NCBI RefSeq assembly: GCF_001194135.2
Contig: NC_068987.1
Location: forward strand, 5,385,068-5,449,067
DNA length: 64,000 nt
Reading direction: 5' to 3'
DNA from: Octopus bimaculoides
Taxonomy: Eukaryota
Below are positions 1 through 11,628 of the stretch, one piece after another (position 1 is the stretch's first letter; every line of letters begins with the position of its first letter). The position numbers and the translations under genes were made by a program. Under the pieces are notes generated by a model. It ran no database searches. It was not told the DNA's origin and was given only the letters and a program-made list of their open reading frames with translations.

Positions 1-1119
1 ATANNNNNNNNNNNNNNNNNNNNNNNNNNNNNNNNNNNNNNNNNNNNNNNNNNNNNNNNNNNNNNNNNNNNNNNNNNNNNNNNNNNNNNNNNNNNNNNNN
101 NNNNNNNNNNNNNNNNNNNNNNNNNNNNNNNNNNNNNNNNNNNNNNNNNNNNNNNNNNNNNNNNNNNNNNNNNNNNNNNNNNNNNNNNNNNNNNNNNNNN
201 NNNNNNNNNNNNNNNNNNNNNNNNNNNNNNNNNNNNNNNNNNNNNNNNNNNNNNNNNNNNNNNNNNNNNNNNNNNNNNNNNNNNNNNNNNNNNNNNNNNN
301 NNNNNNNNNNNNNNNNNNNNNNNNNNNNNNNNNNNNNNNNNNNNNNNNNNNNNNNNNNNNNNNNNNNNNNNNNNNNNNNNNNNNNNNNNNNNNNNNNNNN
401 NNNNNNNNNNNNNNNNNNNNNNNNNNNNNNNNNNNNNNNNNNNNNNNNNNNNNNNNNNNNNNNNNNNNNNNNNNNNNNNNNNNNNNNNNNNNNNNNNNNN
501 NNNNNNNNNNNNNNNNNNNNNNNNNNNNNNNNNNNNNNNNNNNNNNNNNNNNNNNNNNNNNNNNNNNNNNNNNNNNNNNNNNNNNNNNNNNNNNNNNNNN
601 NNNNNNNNNNNNNNNNNNNNNNNNNNNNNNNNNNNNNNNNNNNNNNNNNNNNNNNNTATATATATATACATACATACACGTGAGTCGACTAAGAGACCAT
701 AAATCAAGGAAAAGATGCATTGGTATACCTGCCAGTAGAATGCATATTTAATACTATACTTTTCGAATAATGTGTGTGTGTGTGTGATAATTGGAATAAG
801 TGAATGTGAGTTATCTTCCTTTCCGAGTGGGAGTTCTTACCCCACCTCCACGAATATTAACAGTATAACACTTCAAGGCAAGATTGATAAAACCTCGACA
901 GTATAACTTCTTATACTGTACATGATTGATTTAATATATTTAATCTATCTGGATCAAAGTTTATGCCTCTTGAAATATCATATTGAGACTGGCTATCAGT
1001 ATGAACTTTAATTCCAAATGACCTTGAATAAATTTTTACAGTAACCAGTAATAAGTTATACGTACTTCTTTGTTACCAGAAGCACGCGCGTATTGTATGT
1101 ATATATGTATGTATGTATG

Positions 1120-1410
1120 TATATAAAACGAACCTCCACCAACTATTCTGCCTATAGGTCTGTGCACACCTTTCAATGCAGTGTATGCCAGAAGGTCTGC
1201 AAATCAAACGGAGGCCTGAAAAAATATTTTAAGATCCACAAAGATCAGAACTTATCTGCAGCTCTTGGTGGTCCAAATCGGAGGTGCAATCTACGTGGAT
1301 GTCTTTTCAAAACATTGTCTGGTTTAAAAAGCCACATCAGATGCCATGATAGTGCTAACGTGTAGGTACAGGAGGTGGTCAAACTCTACATAAGGAGTTT
1401 GCTGCTCCAG
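1120..1410 (+). mobile_element. 3' end of an RTE-clade LINE ORF2 with two degenerate C-terminal C2H2 zinc fingers, plus short 3' UTR
   Basis: FQCSVCQKVCKSNGGLKKYFKIH and RCNLRGCLFKTLSGLKSHIRCH then stop at 1365; 5' end abuts a (TATG)n tract with no splice acceptor; Zn ligands partly decayed. Confidence 0.65.
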
Positions 1411-1689
1411 GATTATCCTTTCAACGGATTTTGTTGCATTATTTTCTAGTCACAGCAGATTAATAGAGAGATAACATTTTCAGACAACTACTTTCGATTA
1501 TTTCCGTTTATAAGGGCAGCAACAAAATATTTCGCTTTTTGAGTCCAAGAAAACACCCGGATCGTGTGGACTTCTTAAAATGGTTCTCCTCTTACAAAGT
1601 CTACTCCTATTCATGTATAGTTCAGGCCGTCCTAGCAGTTTCTAGTTGATTTTGTACACTGTTTCTTCCTCTTTTAATCGCTATATATA

Positions 1690-2400
1690 ACTGGTAAATT
1701 GTGGTTCTACTGCATTCTAGATGTATTCCATCAGAGGTACCTCAGAAAAGTCCTAAGGATCAACAAGCGGGACCGTTGTCACAAATAAGAAGATTCTGAG
1801 AAGAACTGAGTTATGACCACTACAAGAAATTATAGCAGAAAGCCAATTCGCCTAACTACCCACATTCTCCGTCTAACTCAGGGGTTCTCAAATATTTTTT
1901 GCCTATGGACCCTTTCGATTCGTATTTTACTTGTGTGGACCCCACCATAGCCATTCGATGTTTAAAAAATTCAATTGTATTTTCATGATTAAATATTATT
2001 AGGACTTATACAAAAATTATTGAAATATTTTGTGTATTGTAGAAGCATAACCAAATTTACTGGTCTGAAACACAATTTTTTCATGGCCCCCAATTTACTA
2101 TATTGCATCCGTAGACCACCAAAAATCTTATATGGATGCCCCGGGTCCATATGAACCCCGGTTGAGAATCCTTAGTCTAGCTGTTCAACAGCACTCGAAA
2201 ACAATCATGACATGGGGACCATCAGTTAGCTGATGTGAAAGGGGCTGACTGAAGATCACTTGATGGTAGACATTTAAAGATGATCTGAAGACAGATATTA
2301 CATGGAATGAATGTACAAGAGCAGCAGACGACCGACCCCAGCGGAGGAAACTTGCCGCGTAATGCGCTGAGCAGCAGCGCAGAAGGATCTGATGTTAAAG
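1690..2400 (+). mobile_element. Decayed RTE LINE ORF2 C-terminal fragment, interrupted by a hAT MITE
   Basis: Reads LDVFHQRYLRKVLRINKRDRVTNKKILRRT...HILRL|VQQHSKTIMTWGP...TFKDDLKTDITWNECTRAADDRPQRRKLAA with stops and frameshifts; typical RTE post-RT region. Confidence 0.8.
1879..2174. mobile_element. Non-autonomous hAT (Charlie/Buster-type) MITE
   Basis: TIRs CAGGGGTTCTCAA / TTGAGAATCCTTA; 8-bp TSD GTCTAACT (1871-1878) / GTCTAGCT (2175-2182) with central TA. Confidence 0.85.
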
Positions 2401-3102
2401 TTATAACTTGCGATGCGTGTAGCATCCTCAGTGTTGATTCTATGGAGTTTGTCTCGGTTGTTGGCAACAACTTGTTGCGTGTAGTTAGTTTACTTTCATT
2501 CCCATCTCTTTTGTGTGTCGAGTGCTTTGTCACATTTTGCTTTGGTGTTGTAAAAGCATATCCTTCACCACGACATTCGGTTGTTAGTCCAAGGGAAATT
2601 ACTCTGGTTTGCAATGTTGCTATCGCTTTCTGGGAATATAGGACATGTATGAACGTTTGATGTTTAAATCATTAAAAAGAAATGATATAGTTTAGGCATT
2701 TTTTGTTTTTAAAGAAGCTAGTACGTAATCTGATGGTAGCTTGACTACTATTTCTAGCATTTCGATCGACACAACACTGGCCACAACCCACAACACTGGC
2801 CAATTTGCTTTCGCCATAGGGTCTGCTATCCACAACACACACACGCACACTGAGGGACATACTTTGGGTTCCTAGCGACCAGGGAGAATCAGCAGCTGCT
2901 ATGGGCTTACATATGCCACTTGAGGCCCACTTCTGGCTGCACTGGTCAGACGTTCCTGTAACGATTACTCCCGCTCATCCGCACCTTGGCGGAATTTGAA
3001 CTCACAGGAGTGTTACTTTATTTACCAACTCCGGAAAGCTAAAAGACACTCTACTGGCTAGTCACGGTGGTGGTCATATCTGGATGTCCTTTACTTACCA
3101 CA

Positions 3103-3250
3103 GTGGAGAATAGCTTGCTTCCCAACCACATGGTTCTCGGTTCAATCCCACTGCGTGGCAGCTTGGACAAGTGTCTTCTACTATAGTCTCGGGCCGACCA
3201 AAGCCTTGTGAGTGGATTTAGTTAACGGAAACTGAAAGAAGCCCGCCGCA

Positions 3251-3286
<36 letters not shown>

Positions 3287-3515
3287 TGTATGTATGTATG
3301 TATGTTTGTGTGTGTGTGTTTGTTCCCCCACCATCGCTTGGCAACCGATGTTGGTATATTTACGTCCCCATAACTTAGCGGCTCGGCAAAAGTGACTAAT
3401 AAAATAAGTACTGGGCTTACAAAGAATAAGTCCTGGGGGTCGATTTGTTCGACTAAAGGCGGTGCCCCAGTATGGCCGCAGTCAAATGACTGAAACAAGT
3501 GAAAGAATAAAATGA
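3103..3515 (+). mobile_element. tRNA-derived SINE family A/B (head, internal TA/TG microsatellite, tail)
   Basis: B-box-like GGTTCAATCCC in head; near-identical copies at about 6120-6400, 9060-9230, 14610-14910, 18440-18740, 20855-21230, 22540-22900, 27655-27980, 35270-35640, 42285-42745, 47925-48200, 48700-49325, 51835-52020, 55890-56045, 59510-59695 and 63485-63930. Confidence 0.85.
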
Positions 3516-3685
3516 TAAATCTTAGTGATATGTTTTTTCCCCCCCTTGTAATAAATACTTGGTCTGAATTGTTAGTTGATCATTCAATATTATTTTAAAG
3601 TCAGATAAGTTATATAAATGAACCGAAAACTTGTGAAGTTTACATCTAACCAAATAGTAAATGGAATAAAATGTATTTACCATTC

Positions 3686-4034
3686 TTTTCTTCTCTAGGC
3701 ACAATGGCCCAAATTTTTGGGGAGGGGGGGGCAGTCGATTAGATCAACTCCAGTATGTAACTGGTACTTAATTTATCGACTCTGAAAGGATGAAAGGCAA
3801 AGTCGACCTCGGAGGAATTTGAACTCAGAACATAAAGACGGACGAAATACCGCTGGGCGAAATGTTTAACGGTATTTCGTCTGTCTTTATGTTTTGAGTT
3901 CAAATTCCGCCGAGGTCGACTTTGCCTTTCATCCTTTTGGGGTCGATAAATTAAGTACTATTTGCGTACTGGGGTCGATCTTATCGACTGGCCCCCTCCC
4001 CGCAAATTTCGGGCATTGTGCCTAGAGTAGAAAA
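3686..4034. mobile_element. Head-to-head inverted pair of family C SINE halves (Deu/Nin-like core), about 165-bp arms
   Basis: 3686-3852 is the reverse complement of 3870-4034; core GTCGACTTTGCCTTTCATCCTTTxGGGGTCGATAAATTAAGTAC; other family C copies near 9250-9445, 21740-22070, 29215-29345, 30440-30600, 36315-36555, 48355-48500, 54555-54660 and 56396-56690. Confidence 0.9.
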
Positions 4035-4161
4035 AAAAATGTATTTATTGCTGTAAATCTGGTCGTTATTTTACTCAGGGACTATTTTTGGGGTTGTTGC
4101 TGCAATACAGCAATTGTATCTCTTCATTAGAGAGCTCCGTAAATGTGGATTTCTTGCAAGC

Positions 4162-5112
4162 ATGGCAGAGGAAGAGACGATTGTGAAGAAAGAACCTGTT
4201 GAAGCGGTTGACTTGGAAACCAGGATTTTAGAATTATGTAAACAGAACCCTGATGGAGTAGACGATAGTGCTATTCTCGTCGATATGCCTCAGTTTGATG
4301 CTAACCAGAGGGTGCAAGCTATTAACCGGCTCCTCTCCACAGCCAAGATAGATTTGCTGAAAAGTGGTAACAAGTTAGTTTACAAATTAAAGGACCCTTC
4401 ATCGGCCAGTGTTGTGAAAGGCTCTGATAACCAAGAGAAAGTTGTTTACCAAATCATCAAGGAAGCCGGTAACCGAGGGATATGGATTCGTGACATACGG
4501 TATCAAAGTAATTTATTACTGACTCAAGTCAACAAAATATTGAAGAACTTAGAAAGTAAGAAACTTATTAAAGCCGTTAAATCGGTGGCTGCTTCTAAAA
4601 AGAAAGTCTATATGCTTTATGAATTGGAACCAGACCGATCAGTAACGGGCGGAGCGTGGTACAGCGATCAAGATTTTGAATCAGAATTTGTCGAAGTACT
4701 CAACCAGCAGTGTTTTAAATACCTGAATGAGAAAGCTGCAAATGCACGTGAAACTCTTTCAGCACCTATCATGCAGAGAAATGCATCATTCGCTTCTTCG
4801 ACGGACGTCTGGAAATATATATCGGAACTTGGTATCAGTAAAGTGAAGCTTGCTGTTGAGGACATAGAAACTATTTTGGATACTTTAATTTATGATGGTA
4901 AGGTGGAACGTTCTATAGTTGCTGGACCGTGTTCGTCTAGCGGCACATCTGGAAGTGTCACAAAATTATATCGAGCCATTAAGCCATTGATACAGCCGAC
5001 TGGATTAACAAGAATGCCATGCGGTACCTGTCCAGTTTTTCACCTTTGTTCAGAGGACGGTGTCATCTCGCCGACTTCATGTGTATACATGAAAGAATGG
5101 CTTGACTATTAA
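4162..5112 (+). CDS. POLR3F: DNA-directed RNA polymerase III subunit RPC6 (RPC34/C39), single coding exon, 316 aa
   Basis: Motifs GIWIRDIRYQSNL, KLIKAVKSVAASKKKVYML, TGGAWYSDQDFESEFVEVL, DIETILDTLIYDGKVE; C-terminal 4Fe-4S ligands CGTCPVFHLC...SPTSC; ATG at 4162 in good context (GCAAGCATGG); intact ORF. Confidence 0.97.
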   Translation: MAEEETIVKKEPVEAVDLETRILELCKQNPDGVDDSAILVDMPQFDANQRVQAINRLLSTAKIDLLKSGNKLVYKLKDPSSASVVKGSDNQEKVVYQIIKEAGNRGIWIRDIRYQSNLLLTQVNKILKNLESKKLIKAVKSVAASKKKVYMLYELEPDRSVTGGAWYSDQDFESEFVEVLNQQCFKYLNEKAANARETLSAPIMQRNASFASSTDVWKYISELGISKVKLAVEDIETILDTLIYDGKVERSIVAGPCSSSGTSGSVTKLYRAIKPLIQPTGLTRMPCGTCPVFHLCSEDGVISPTSCVYMKEWLDY

Positions 5113-5602
5113 AAGTTTTAATATTATAACATCATACATTTTATATATAAAAAAGATGTATATATTTTTTAAAGATATTTGTCACTTCTCTACTTTGTTA
5201 AACATATCGCCAAAATTCGAGCAGTTTTACTTTTTTTAAATTCACCAACGTTAACCTTCTGAATTCATGTTATTGTTGTTGCTTGGCCTCAGGTCAGTCC
5301 CACTCGGGTGGATCGATGATCAAAAAAATATTCCGGCTGCGACCGATCGTTTCTTCTACACATCAGTCAATGTAACTCCTTTCTAAGACAGCAGTAGCGT
5401 GATGTTTTAAGGAATTGCAGTTTCTATTTTTAGCAAGTCCACCGACCACATATAAGCTTCTACGTTGTCTCTTGTTTCTTCATCTGTGTTAGGTGGGTTG
5501 ACTTATAGGTAGTGGGGTTGTGTACGTGGTTAGTATTTCAGGATATCTTACAGCTTCGATGCAGAAGACTTTCAATAGCGAAAGTAAAGTAATTGATTCG
5601 GT

Positions 5603-6040
5603 GTTCCTTCCATATAACTCGACAAACTCAACATTTGACTTCGAGTATTTTCGTGACAGTTGCTGAAACGGGATGAGAAGAAAGCTAATGGGTTGTGTGT
5701 ACGTGCTTGTTCTTGTCTGTGTGCGTGTCTGTTCTGGTTCTATGCATTTATTTGTTGTGGAATATAGATATTACGAAATTATGCCAGCAATGTCTCATTT
5801 TAAACTTGAAGAAAAAAAAAGCCTTGCATATTCGTTCTTACCTGCTTCATGTGTGTATGTAAAATCCACAAATCTCCAAGCAGAAAACAGAATCGAAGTT
5901 TACACAGACACACACAAGAACAAGCACGCACACCCAACCCATTAGCTTTCTTCTCCTCCTCTCATTTCAGCAAATGTCACGGAAATACCCAAAGTTAAAC
6001 GTTGTCAAATGTTGAGTTTGTCGAGTTATATCGAAAGAAC
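5603..6040. repeat. Foldback element/MITE with about 130-bp inverted arms
   Basis: ATATAACTCGACAAACTCAACATTTGAC...AGAAGAAAGCTAATGGGTTG mirrored by CAACCCATTAGCTTTCTTCT...GTCAAATGTTGAGTTTGTCGAGTTATAT. Confidence 0.85.
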
Positions 6041-7030
6041 GCCAATTGATTCCTTTTACGCCTAGAAAAATAAGGAAACAACGTTTGGGAGGTGGGGAGG
6101 CACCAAACTGCAATTATCTTTTATCGTTTACTTGTTTCAGTCATTAGAATGCGGCCATGTTTGGGCACCGCCGTGAAGAATTTTAGTCGAACAAATCCAC
6201 CTCAAGACTTATTCTTTTTTAAGCCTCGTATTTATTCCACTGGTCTCTTCTGCCGAATGGCTATGTTACGGGAACGTAAACACACCAACACCGATTGACA
6301 AACGGTGATGGTTGGACACACACACACACACACACACACATATCTACGCCAGTCTTCTTTCGATTTCCATCTACCAAATCCACTCACAAGGATTTCGTTG
6401 GCCCAAGGTTGTGGTAGAGTGTTGTGGGATTGAACCTGGTTGGGAAGCAAGGAAAAGAGGGGATGGCCACAGCTGGAACACTTTTAAAAGAGACAGGCAT
6501 TTAGAAAAACTAGCATCAGTGTTTTAAAACAACCAACAGAACTGAAATATTTAAATCCCTTTTGAAACAAAATTTTAAAAATTGTTAAATTTCATCAACA
6601 TATTTTACCCCTAAACCTAAATCCTTTTAATAATGCATTTTTTTTTTTGCATGTGCCAACTTATTTTCCATTTTGAACATTTTCTCTTTTATTAGTTTGT
6701 AGTTGCTAAGCTTCCTCAAAGACAAAATCCCATTACTGTATTCATTGGGTAAGATGCTTCCCAGCCACTTGATGCTTTGAAAACTTGAACGCTTAGAAAT
6801 GGTAAGGAAGAAGAAGATGAGTAAAATAGCATTACCAAATAAAACCAGTAAAGCATTCTGTAATAAATGGTTGAGTATTGAACTCCACAAGATATTTGGT
6901 ATTCTTTCGATATGACTCAACAGAATCAAAACACCACAACACGTAAATACATAAAAACGGAACAGGCACACACAGAGACAAGAACAAGCATGCACACACA
7001 CAGACAAGAACAAGCATGCACACACACACA

Positions 7031-7280
7031 TATTATTATTATTCATGTCACTGCCGGGAATCGAACTCGGAATCTTGGGGTTAGTAGCCTGTGCTCTTAA
7101 CTCCAAGATTCTGAGTTTGATTCCAGGCAGTGATCCGAATAATAATTATAATGAGACCGAAAAATACCTTAGGAATGAGAACCCAGGTTCGAAATTTCCC
7201 CCAGACACCTGACGAAGGCTGGAGGGTATATCAGCTGAACAAGATGAAGACAAATATCCGTCAAATGTAAATAACATCTA
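7031..7280 (+). mobile_element. tRNA-like head hairpin joined to a Penelope-like terminal repeat fragment
   Basis: 7031-7078 inverted against 7103-7146; downstream CCTGACGAAGGCTGGAGGGTATATCAGC motif resembles Penelope-like termini. Confidence 0.5.
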
Positions 7281-7719
7281 AACTATGTTAGTATAGAAAA
7301 CATCAAATGATGATGATAATATATTGTATCCATGGTAAAGACAACTTTGGTTCGGTTTGACTAATAGAAAGTGCCACAGTGTAGGACAAACTAGCCAGAA
7401 ACTCTAAAATTAACAAATAATTAGATTACTGTGCTGTGTTCAATTCTGTCTGAAGAATCCACAACTGTTTTTGGATCAGAGTCCATCAGTTATATCAGTC
7501 TGTCTTATCCCTGGATCTAGACAGGTTCTGATTATAGGTACAATATGATGTCTTGCTTGCAAAGCCTCATCCAATTTAAAGTATCCATGCACAAGCAAAA
7601 CACCATCAGCTCATTTTCCTTGGTCTGACAAAGTGCTTTTAGAAGAAGTCAAAATTCAATTCTCGCAGAAGAATGAAAAACTTGTGTTTATGTAATTTAC
7701 TGTTCTATGTCGATTTTTC

Positions 7720-8030
7720 CATGCTAGCATGGGTCAGATGAATACATGTTATTGAGGCATTGTTTTACAGCTGGATGCCCTCCCTGTTGCTAACCTTTCA
7801 TCATCATCAATATCCACTTCTCCATGCTTATAGATGGAAATTTTTGAGGTAGGTTTTCTGTGGTTGGATGCCCTTCCTGTTGCCAACCGTCACCTGTTTC
7901 CAATCAAGGTAATATTTTCCCATGGCCAGACATGTTTTTCATGGAAGACTGGAAATAAACAACCTCACTTATATGACAGTGACGCTCATTTACAACCATC
8001 ACATGATGTCCAGTCAAAGGGTACACACAT
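7720..8030 (-). mobile_element. Family E repeat (RTE-like 3' UTR or derived SINE with (CAT)n tail)
   Basis: CTGGATGCCCTTCCTxxTGCCAAC core; related copies at about 8810-9010, 15420-15600, 17075-17260, 20220-20520, 23980-24390 and 27300-27530. Confidence 0.7.
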
Positions 8031-8300
8031 AACCACACATTATACCAACCTTTCTTAAGAACCACATGTAGCAAAAATGCTTGAAATCACTCAAAATGTG
8101 GGCTTTCACAATTACTCTGTTACAACCACATGTCTATAACATAGTCAAAAACATTGTCCTAAACTTTTTATTTCATCTCAAGGCCCCGAAATACTTCAAT
8201 TCCAAATGGTTGTTCTTGGGCCAGAAGCTGGGACGGCATCTGAAAACGAAGGGAGATAACTTAAGTCAAATTCTACATTCATTTCTTTTTATTAAATGTT

Positions 8301-8745
8301 CAGTCGGTGGACATAAAGAATGTGGAATGCACCCACCTTTCGTTTTCTTTATTTTTATAGAAATTTTTTTTTTTAAAGAATCCCCCCATTTTCGAGTACG
8401 GAGATTCTGATTCTGCAAGAAAAAAAAGAAAAAGAAAACGGCATTTAAAAGTTTTTATTTCCCCCTACCTAAATTCTTCAATTTTCACTTTTTACAGAGA
8501 TTTTTTTTTTTTGCAAAATACTTATAAAAATATGGNNNNNNNNNNNNNNNNNNNNNNNNNNNNNNNNNNNNNNNNNNNNNNNNNNNNNNNNNNNNNNNNN
8601 NNNNNNNNGGGTGGGAAATTAAAATTTCAAAATACGTTTTTTTTTTTTTTGCAGAATCAGAATCTCCATATTCGAAAATGGGGTGGGGTGTCTGTAAAAC
8701 AAAAAAACGAAAGCGGGTGCAGTCCACATTCTTTATGTCTGCCTG
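8301..8745. mobile_element. Foldback MITE, Tc1/mariner-like termini, spanning an N gap
   Basis: GACATAAAGAATGTGGAATGCACCC...GGAGATTCTGATTCTGCA mirrored by TGCAGAATCAGAATCTCC...GGGTGCAGTCCACATTCTTTATGTC; right end followed by TA. Confidence 0.7.
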
Positions 8746-11049
8746 TACAGTCCACTTTTGTAGGAGGAGAGGAATATATCTGATTGGATTAACACCAATA
8801 AAGTCATCATCATTTAACGTCCACATTTCCATGGGTTAGACAGAATTTGTTGAAGCAGATTTTCTATGACTGAATGCTCTTCTGGCTTCCTAGCAAGATA
8901 TTTCCCCATGGGCCACATGTGTTTTTCATGGAAGACTGCAAAGGAACAACACCACTTGTATGACAATGATGCTCATTTACAACCATCATGTGATGTCTAG
9001 ATATGGGTACACACAAACACCTAACTATCAACCTATCAATATATATACATAGATACATATGATGTGCTTCTTTCAGTTTCTGTCTTCCAAATCCACTCTC
9101 AAGGCTTTAGTCAGCCTGGGGCTATAATAGAAGACACTTGAAGCACCACACTGTAGGACTGAACCCAAGACCACATGTTTGGGCAAGTATGCTTCTCAAC
9201 CATGTAGCCACATCAGCTTCTAAGCCACACCAAAGCCTAATACAAACTTTGCTGGCAGAAACGTTAGCACGCCGGGTGAAATGTTTAGTGATATTTCGTC
9301 TGTCATTATGTTCTGAGTTCAAATTCCACCGAGGTCGACTTTGCCTTTCATCCATTTGGGGTCGATAACTTAAGTACTGGGGTTGATCTAATCGAGTAGC
9401 CCTCTCCCGAAAAATTTCAGGCCTTGTACGTAGAGTAGAAAATAATATAAGCTTTGAAAAAGAGAGATATACACCACCAAAAAGTTGAGTGGTTCCAGCT
9501 ATATAACATGCAAATAAAGACTTTGGAATTGTTCTTATTATCAAATGGATTAGTAGATAGATTCACTGATCTATTCTAATCTGCTTCTTACAGATTCCAA
9601 AATTTAATATAAATTCTTCTTATGGAAAAAGTGCTATGGCCGAGTATATAGTATTCGTCTCATTATTTTATTTTCTGCTGAAAGCATTGCATTATGGTCT
9701 TAGTGAAATAATTTCTTTGCCTTCAAGAAATCATTCTTAAAATTTGATTTGTTTTCCTTTTTTGGTAGGTACTTTAAAGTAAACCACCTCAGGGACCAGT
9801 CCTTGTTGCAGTTTGGTGGTTTGTGTTCTTCAGTCACCTTGCGAGCTATGCCAGTAGACCACAAGTTCCTGGTTGGGCCTTCCATGCTGGACAGGTCAAA
9901 GGATAGAAGCCAGACTGATATGGACCACCTCTTCTTAATGGTTAAAATAGGTTTACTGAAGGTGAACACCCCTGTCTTTATAAAAGGTTAAGTTTTAGAA
10001 GCATTGACACCAGTTCAAAACCTGGGAGAAAGCTTTCCCTCAGAGAAACATATACTTAGGTAGAGCTGAAAAAACAGGGATCCAATGGGAGAAAAGCAGG
10101 AAAGACAGCCTAGAGTTGGGAGCAGTGGAGAAAAGCTGTCGATGGCCTCTGTTTACTAGGGAGTGAAGGGCTTAAGTCCTTTTAAAAAAGAAATTCTCAC
10201 CAAACAAACTATCGTTAAATTGCCAGAGTTCTTAACTGAGAGTAATCAACTATATCTACCATTTCTTGGCCTGGAGAATGTTTTGGACAGGGTACAGTAC
10301 TGTGTAGTCTAGGGGTCACTAAGTAAACTAAGGTGCAATTGTATTGCTTGTGTAGTTTTTTTTTNNNNNNNNNNNNNNNNNNNNNNNNNNNNNNNNNNNN
10401 NNNNNNNNNNNNNNNNNNNNNNNNNNNNNNNNNNNNNNNNNNNNNNNNNNNNNNNNNNNNNNNNNNNNNNNNNNNNNNNNNNNNNNNNNNNNNNNNNNNN
10501 NNNNNNNNNNNNNNNNNNNNNNNNNNNNNNNNNNNNNNNNNNNNNNNNNNNNNNNNNNNNNNNNNNNNNNNNNNNNNNNNNNNNNNNNNNNNNNNNNNNN
10601 NNNNNNNNNNNNNNNNNNNNNNNNNNNNNNNNNNNNNNNNNNNNNNNNNNNNNNNNNNNNNNNNNNNNNNNNNNNNNNNNNNNNNNNNNNNNNNNNNNNN
10701 NNNNNNNNNNNNNNNNNNNNNNNNNNNNAGTTATCTTCGAAGTCCAGTGGGTTTGTTAAGAATGTATTAGAGATTTGTAAAACATTGTCTCTTGCCGAAG
10801 CTAATCGTTTTTCATTAGAAAGCCAACTTGTTAGTACTTCCCCTCTTCAAATTAGAATTATTAAACGGAAATTGTTTGTAGATTTATTTGAAATAAAAAC
10901 TGTGATGATGTGGCTTTCGTTCTTTTTATTTTTCTGAAATATTAAATGCAGGACTGGAAATAGATTTATTGAAATCTGTCATATTATTTAGAAATTACTT
11001 AGGTTACACCGGTTAGTTTTTTAAAAAATAAAATAATAATAAAAGTCTA

Positions 11050-11145
11050 ACTGACCAATCAGAGGTGAGTATGAAAGAAATCCAACGAATCAGCGAATCA
11101 ATACGGTGACAGGTCGAAGGTCAGACGTGACGTTGATTTCCCGGT
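11050..11145 (+). promoter_or_regulatory. Probable proximal promoter of the FAM199X-like gene
   Basis: NF-Y-type TGACCAATCAG (CCAAT at 11055-11059) and CRE-like GACGTGACGT (11124-11133) in a CpG-richer patch about 500 bp before the ATG; TSS not determined. Confidence 0.4.
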
Positions 11146-11628
11146 TTAATTTTTATTTTTTTCTTTTCATTCAAGTGTCCACGTTGTTAAGATTTTAGCA
11201 AAATCTCGACTATTTGTTATAGCTCCGACTACCAGTGCTGTGAGGAAGCACACGGGGGTAGCTCGTTACTAAACATAGGAGAATTTCAACTTTGGTACTT
11301 GATAGATTCATAGTTTTACATTGAAATATTTATAATTGTATATATATGTGTTATTTAAAAAAATAGTTTTCCAGTAGTTGATAGTTCATAGTCGAAATCC
11401 AGTGGAGCCTGATTTTTTCCCCCTCATTTCACTGCTGAACAATGATATAAAAACGAAAAGACAGTCGTTTGATTTCAAGTATGGCAGAGCCGTTTTGATT
11501 TTAGTGTCTTCGCATTATTAATTAAGAAATTTACATAGAACGAAAAGTAAAAAGAAAGAAAAAAGCCTTGACCATAATTAACTACCATTTTGGAACAACC
11601 CTATTAAAGTTACTGGCACTCATTGAAA

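Noticed and set aside
2222-2632. 130-aa minus-strand Ser/Thr-rich ORF with an apparent acceptor at 2632
   Set aside because: Its distal half is the antisense of the RTE remnant (to about 2400), and another frame of the rest looks like decayed LINE sequence; no partner exons found.
4114-4161. N-terminal extension of POLR3F in the ORF track
   Set aside because: It begins at a TTG and spans a likely splice acceptor; the ATG at 4162 gives the expected 316 aa.
6627-6920. Hydrophobic minus-strand ORF (ILWSSILNHLLQNALLVLFGNAILLIFFFL)
   Set aside because: No recognisable family, weak splice sites, no compatible neighbouring exons; its 5' part is repeat-derived.
9700-9991. Overlapping 80-89-aa ORFs
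   Set aside because: The sequence is homologous to the repeat fragment at about 26350-26420, so it is an interspersed repeat (probably LINE UTR).
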